DNA of 41,937 nt from Vicugna vicugna. Lineage: Eukaryota. A model generated the notes under the pieces. The model had not been told where the DNA came from. It saw nothing but the letters and a program-made list of their open reading frames with translations, and ran no database searches. Shown one piece after another: positions 37,132 to 41,937 of this stretch; position 1 is the first letter of the stretch; each line of letters starts with the position of its first letter. The stretch spans positions 5,736,976-5,778,912 of the forward strand of contig MU058824.1 of the NCBI GenBank assembly GCA_013265495.1, in the 5' to 3' direction. A program made the position numbers and the translations under genes.

Positions 37132-38219
37132 TTCTAGAAGAGAGTGCAGCCTAGAGGGGGGAGTTTTGCCTTGCCCCTGGACTGGATCCCATGCCACTGG
37201 GGCTGGACCCCTTGCCCTAGGATGCAGAGAATTGCAGGAAAGGGGCCAGAGAAAGACCCTCTGAAGTCTCAGAGCCCCACCCCCACCCCAAGAGCGGAAC
37301 TAGTTCTGCCGTTAGCCCCTCCCCTAGTGCCTGTCTGCTCTGGGGTGGTTCTCCTGCCTGCAAGGAAATGTATTTATTCAAAGGGGTTCAGTCATCTCAC
37401 TAAATAAAATCACTCGCTTAGGCTGGCAAATATTGACTCAAGCTGTTACGCTTTTATGTATTTCAGCAACTCCCAAAGTTCGAGGACTCAGCAAGCAAAC
37501 AAGAGCAGGTACAGGAAGTTATTGTGGTGTTTGGGGCCCCTGTTTGTTTTTGTGCAGCTGATGCCTGTTGCCCATTGTGAGAGGCTGGTTACTAATGACC
37601 TTGTTACGGAGTGCTCTGCAGTTGATAAGGCCAAAGGCTTTAATAGAATACAAATGCTTTTTGCATTTCCACTTGAAGAGTTTATTTTAATTGTGTTTTG
37701 AAATATACTGTACCCTAAAGGCCTCTTTCCTTGGCAATGTACATCCTCAAAATAAAACCCTGCAAAGAATGGAATGCATAATGGGGTGATGTGTAATGGG
37801 CAGTTTTGAATTCAATTTGAAGGGGGCTGCTGTTGTTCATTCTGCATAAATTTAAGGACATCTCCAGAGATGGGAGGGAGAAGTGGTGGGTCGCCTCATG
37901 AAGGGTTGTAAGGAGCTGCGCACTCATCATTCACATTTTAAAGAACTGGAAAGTGTCAGAAATTCCTTGTAGATTTGTGTGTTTTCTTTAATTAGCCTCT
38001 TGGTGCAATACTAATGGTGGGAACAGGAAGTTTTCTTTTATTTCTGATTCTGTCTGGAGGCTGGGTGCGGAACTCAGAATGAGGTGAAAGCTTCTGCTTT
38101 CATGCAGAGGGTCAGGGGATGGATAGAAGAGGCATGGAGGACGGGTCTGGCCGTAGCCTAGGAATTTGGAAAAAGAGCAGACAGCAGGGCTGGGGAAAGC
38201 AAGGCCTCTCAGAGTCACC

Positions 38220-38352
38220 CCATTTCTTCCTTTTTAAATCCTGTTCCCCTGTTTGCTCTTTCCATCACTTTCTCTCCTCTTACTTTTTTTTTCATTCTTG
38301 GTTATTTTTCCCTCCTTTCTCCTTCTTCCTTTACCCCTCTTCTCCCCCTTCT
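38220..38352. repeat. Polypyrimidine low-complexity tract
   Basis: ttcttcctttt...ctttctctcctcttactttttttt...ccctcctttctccttcttcctttacccctcttctcccctt. Confidence 0.8.
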
Positions 38353-38659
38353 GGAATAATGTGGAAACAGAGAATCATTTAAAGGAAAAAAGGGAGGGAA
38401 TTAGCCACTGAATAAATTGGGTCCAAGGAGCCACTATCCTCAGGCACACATACTTACAAATACACCCTTCTATCTCCCAAATGAGCATGCACACAAATGA
38501 AATATGTAACCAAATTCTCTAGCTGTCAGCATATAGCAAAATACAAAAGGGCACTTCTGCCAAAGTGACACTGACCTGGAAAACATTCAAAGATTCTGAT
38601 GCTTTGGAGCCTCTTGTTCAAAGTGACCATGTGGGGATGGCTAAATCAGGTAATGCAAT

Positions 38660-39026
38660 TAATTAGAAAATACCATAGACTGGGTGGCTTAATTATCAGA
38701 AATTTATTTCTCAATGTTCTGCAGTCTGGAAAGTTCAAGATCAAGCTGCTGTCTGATTTGGTTCCTGGTGACAGCCCTTTTTCTGACTTGCAGACGGCCA
38801 ATTTCTCCCTATGCCCTCGCGTGGCCTTTTCTCAGTGTCTGCTCATGGTGAGAGAAAGCGATTGATCTTTTCCCTTTCTTCTAATCCCATTGTGAGGACT
38901 CTGCCCTCATGAACTAATCTCACCCTAATTATTTCCCAAAGGCCCCATCTCCAAATACTACCACATAGAGGGTTAGGGCTTCAATATATGAACTTTGTGG
39001 GGGACACAAACATTCTGTTCATAACC
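38660..39026 (-). mobile_element. MaLR solo LTR (MLT1A/B-like)
   Basis: aaataccatagactgggtggctta...aagttcaagatcaag...ttgcagacggcc...ccaaaggccccatctccaaatac...gggttagggcttcaatatatgaa...ggggacacaaacatt. Confidence 0.9.
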
Positions 39027-39806
39027 AGCACTGAATAAATAATGAACAACATTGCTGCTTCTGCAAATGAAGACTTATAAATTGATGGCATTTTGTGGTT
39101 GGAAGATCCATTTTACTTTTCTTCTGTCATTTAGACCTCAGCAATGTGGTCAACTCAGCAAAATGATAGTTAACTTGGTATTCGTTTTCAGATGTTATGC
39201 TTTTAGTTATTATACATATAATTCACACAGGATTTAACTCTTAATACGTTAATATTGACAGCTCTGAGGAGACATTAGTTTCTCTCTTTCTCTTTTTTCT
39301 TTTTTTTGACATTTCAAATAAAATCCGGTGATGAAATAGTCAGTTCAGTTCACTGACCAGCTAATCCACTGCTGAGGGATGACCCATAATTTTGTTACTG
39401 AGAGCATGTTCTAGTACCAAAGCCCCAGGTAAAAAAACCCTGTTTCAAGCCACTGCCCCATCAATTTATCCCTGACTTTAGATATCAGTCTGTGTTTTCT
39501 TAGTGCACAGTTTTGGAGGGTCCTGGCGGACCAGGTCCAAATATATTAAACTCTGGGATGGCAAGCTGATTTGATCATTCTGGGTTTATTCAAGTCCTGT
39601 TTGGAGTGGAACCACACTTTTTCCAGTGGAGCCAAGCCTTCTGACAATTCTTTAGCCCTAGATGCCTCTTTGGTTAAATAGATTTTGATGCAGAAATTTT
39701 TCCTTTTAACTGTGATAGTCAAAGATAAGGAAGAATTTTTGGTAGGATTGACTCAGTTCCTAATATAAGCCAAGAACCATATCCACATGATGTAGCACTG
39801 TTAGAC

Positions 39807-39935
39807 CCAGGTTCCTCAAAGTAAGATCCTGGAGCTTGTTAAAGTGCAAATTCTCAGGCTCCATCCTGAGTTATGGAATCAGAATCTCCAGGATGGGGTC
39901 TAGAAATGTGTGGGTTAAAGTCTGAAAAACATGGT
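39807..39935. mobile_element. MER5A/B fragment
   Basis: cctggagcttgttaaagtgcaaattctcaggctccatcc...gaatcagaatctccaggatggggtctagaaat. Confidence 0.78.
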
Positions 39936-40617
39936 CCTAGACCTGGATATAGAAACTAATATTTTATTGTTGTTGCTTTTTAGTTTTCTTCCTTTATTTT
40001 CTCAAAATGGAGAAGACTGTTTTGTTTCATATGATTATAAAATCACATATGTTCATTGTAAAAAAGTTCCGACAAAGAAAACCTTAAATAAATTAAAAAT
40101 TACCAGTAATAGCATGACTCAAAGATAACCACTGATAAACGCTATCACCTTTATCCATTGCATATTACAGTGAACAAAGTTCATGCTGTGAGCAAAGTTG
40201 TTGTTTTCACAGACCCATAGGATATTAACGCCATGAGGGAGCCAGGAGGTCATGTGGGCTCTATTCCCTCATTTATATCAAGGAAAACTGAGTGATAAGC
40301 CCAAGGACCAGTCCAGTCAGTGCCTGGCATAAAGGAACTTAATGGTTGTCTACAGCAGATGTGAATGAGGCATTTGATTATCTAATGGGCTGACACTTTA
40401 GGACAGAGCCTTGTATAGTTTCAAATCTCAAATGCCTAAATAGTGTGTGTATCTAATAAGCCTAATTGTTTTCCCTTGGGGAAGAAAACACTCAGGTAAA
40501 GAAAGAGATAATACAAGATCCGCTAATACTGTTTCTCCATCTTTGGTGAAACAGGTTACACAATAACCACAACCCATTAGTCAGTGACCAGTATAATACA
40601 TGTTAACATGAAGTCAA

Positions 40618-40700
40618 CTTATTCATTCATCCATTAATTGCTTTAACAGATGTTCTTTGAGCATCTAATTTGAGCCAGGCACTATTGCTCTCGGACTAGT
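40618..40700 (-). mobile_element. L2 3' tail fragment
   Basis: attcattcatccattaattgctttaacagatgttctttgagcatctaatttgagccaggcactattgct. Confidence 0.7.
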
Positions 40701-41478
40701 ATCTCGGTAGAAGCAAAATATACACATTCTTTTAAATAAACTTGTCCCTTTCTAAAACATCATATCTCAAGGTGTCCTATCTGAGCCTAGGTTTTTTTTT
40801 TTAGGCTGGGGAAATGGTATGTCTCCTCCTTCAATTTTAACTGCATAATGCTGCATATCATTAAATAACTTAATGGGAATTCCACCTCTGCAGTTGCTCA
40901 GTATTTGGAGATTACTTTTTAATGAAATATTTTGTTATCATTGTCCAAATAACTGATGACCTTTAATGGAAACCATATGTAAATACAGGGACAGGAAATC
41001 AGTATATTTCTTCATACAGAGAGAAAAAAAAAAGGAGGCATGAATCAGGGTGTAAAGAAAAGTAGTAACTACGAAACTTCTGTTAAACAAAGTCCATTAC
41101 AATTTCTGGCTGGTGAGCTTTGGCTTTCCAATTATTTTGCCATTATATGCACCATCCCATTTGCTCTTTAGAATGTTACTATACCACATGTGGCAGCTGG
41201 TGCTGTTACCCATGACACTGGTGTGTTGGCTAATGAGTGAGAATTCAGCTGGTAGGTGAACCAAGCTGTTTAGTGAACCAAGAGCACTCAACAAATGTAA
41301 GATTTAATATAAAGATTGGTAAATGTGTATTCTAGTAAAATACCTTGTGATCCTCATAGCAAGAGCATCTAATGTCAGGAACTAATTTTCAGGGACATAG
41401 TCAGCTTTCAGGAAACACAAAGCTTAAAAGCTTAAAAAACTTTTCAAGAATGAGGGACTTTTCAAGTTATCAGGCTCT

Positions 41479-41784
41479 GTGTCCCCATTCGATTGATGAA
41501 TAAAATACTCAGAGAGGTTTCACATCTTACACAAGGATTAGATCCTAGACTCCTGTAATGCTCCTTCTGCCAAATACATCTTGCCTAGAGACCCTCAGAA
41601 AGCATAGCCCCGACTTCCGGGCAAGATGGCGAGTGTCCCCATTGATGAATAAAATACTCAGAGAGGTTTCACATCTTACACAAGGATTAGATCCTAGACT
41701 CCTGTAATGCTCCTTCTGCCAAATACATCTTGCCTAGAGACCCTCAGAAAGCATAGCCCCGACTTCCGGGCAAGATGGCAGAGT
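41479..41784 (+). repeat. Near-perfect ~150-bp tandem duplication
   Basis: 41492-41630 is identical to 41641-41779 (period 149); small indels only at the unit edges. Confidence 0.95.
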
Positions 41785-41937
41785 AGAAGGACGCTTGTAA
41801 GTCACCCTCTCCCACAAATACACCAAGACCCACATCTACAGACCCACTCAGCCAACCAGAGCACCTGCGGAACTCCAACAGATCATCGCCCTCTTCAAAA
41901 GATAAAGACGCCAAAAATCTGGTAGGAGAAAAGGAAA
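41761..41937 (+). mobile_element. 5' end (5'UTR) of a young L1 continuing beyond the window
   Basis: gacttccgggcaagatggcagagtagaaggacgc...tcaccctctcccacaaatacaccaa; YY1-type caagatggc motif, retained CpGs, preceded by the TSD-like agaaagcatagcccc. Confidence 0.8.

Noticed and set aside
1..41937. CRISPR array, operon, or prokaryotic/viral system
   Set aside because: Mammalian non-coding DNA with no regular repeat-spacer array, no long ORFs and no recognisable gag/pol/env or other viral remnants

Overview
AT-rich, CpG-depleted mammalian genomic DNA. It is most likely camelid (alpaca/vicuna/llama/camel), judged from two Vic-1-type tRNA-derived SINEs and young cetartiodactyl-type L1 ends. I find no recognisable intact protein-coding gene, so the window reads as intergenic or deep intronic; the ORF track consists of chance ORFs and antisense readings of repeats. 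The content is a layered retrotransposon and DNA-transposon landscape: an old, nearly full-length L1MB-like element (20.4-26.2 kb, minus) carrying a younger L1 and a SINE; a twin-primed (5'-inverted) L1; the 5' end of a probably young L1 at the right edge; ERVL/MaLR solo LTRs; hAT MITEs (MER53, MER33, MER5); and MIR/L2 relics. The most notable observations are loss of the RT domain exactly at a nested L1 insertion, an ~18-nt L1-tail micro-insertion with a 17-bp TSD, an old ~230-bp duplication of apparently unique sequence, a miR-1302-like MER53 hairpin, and a perfect ~150-bp tandem duplication that may be an assembly artefact. I found no evidence of a novel biological system. Repeat family names come from recalled consensus motifs, not a database search, and boundaries of old repeats are approximate.
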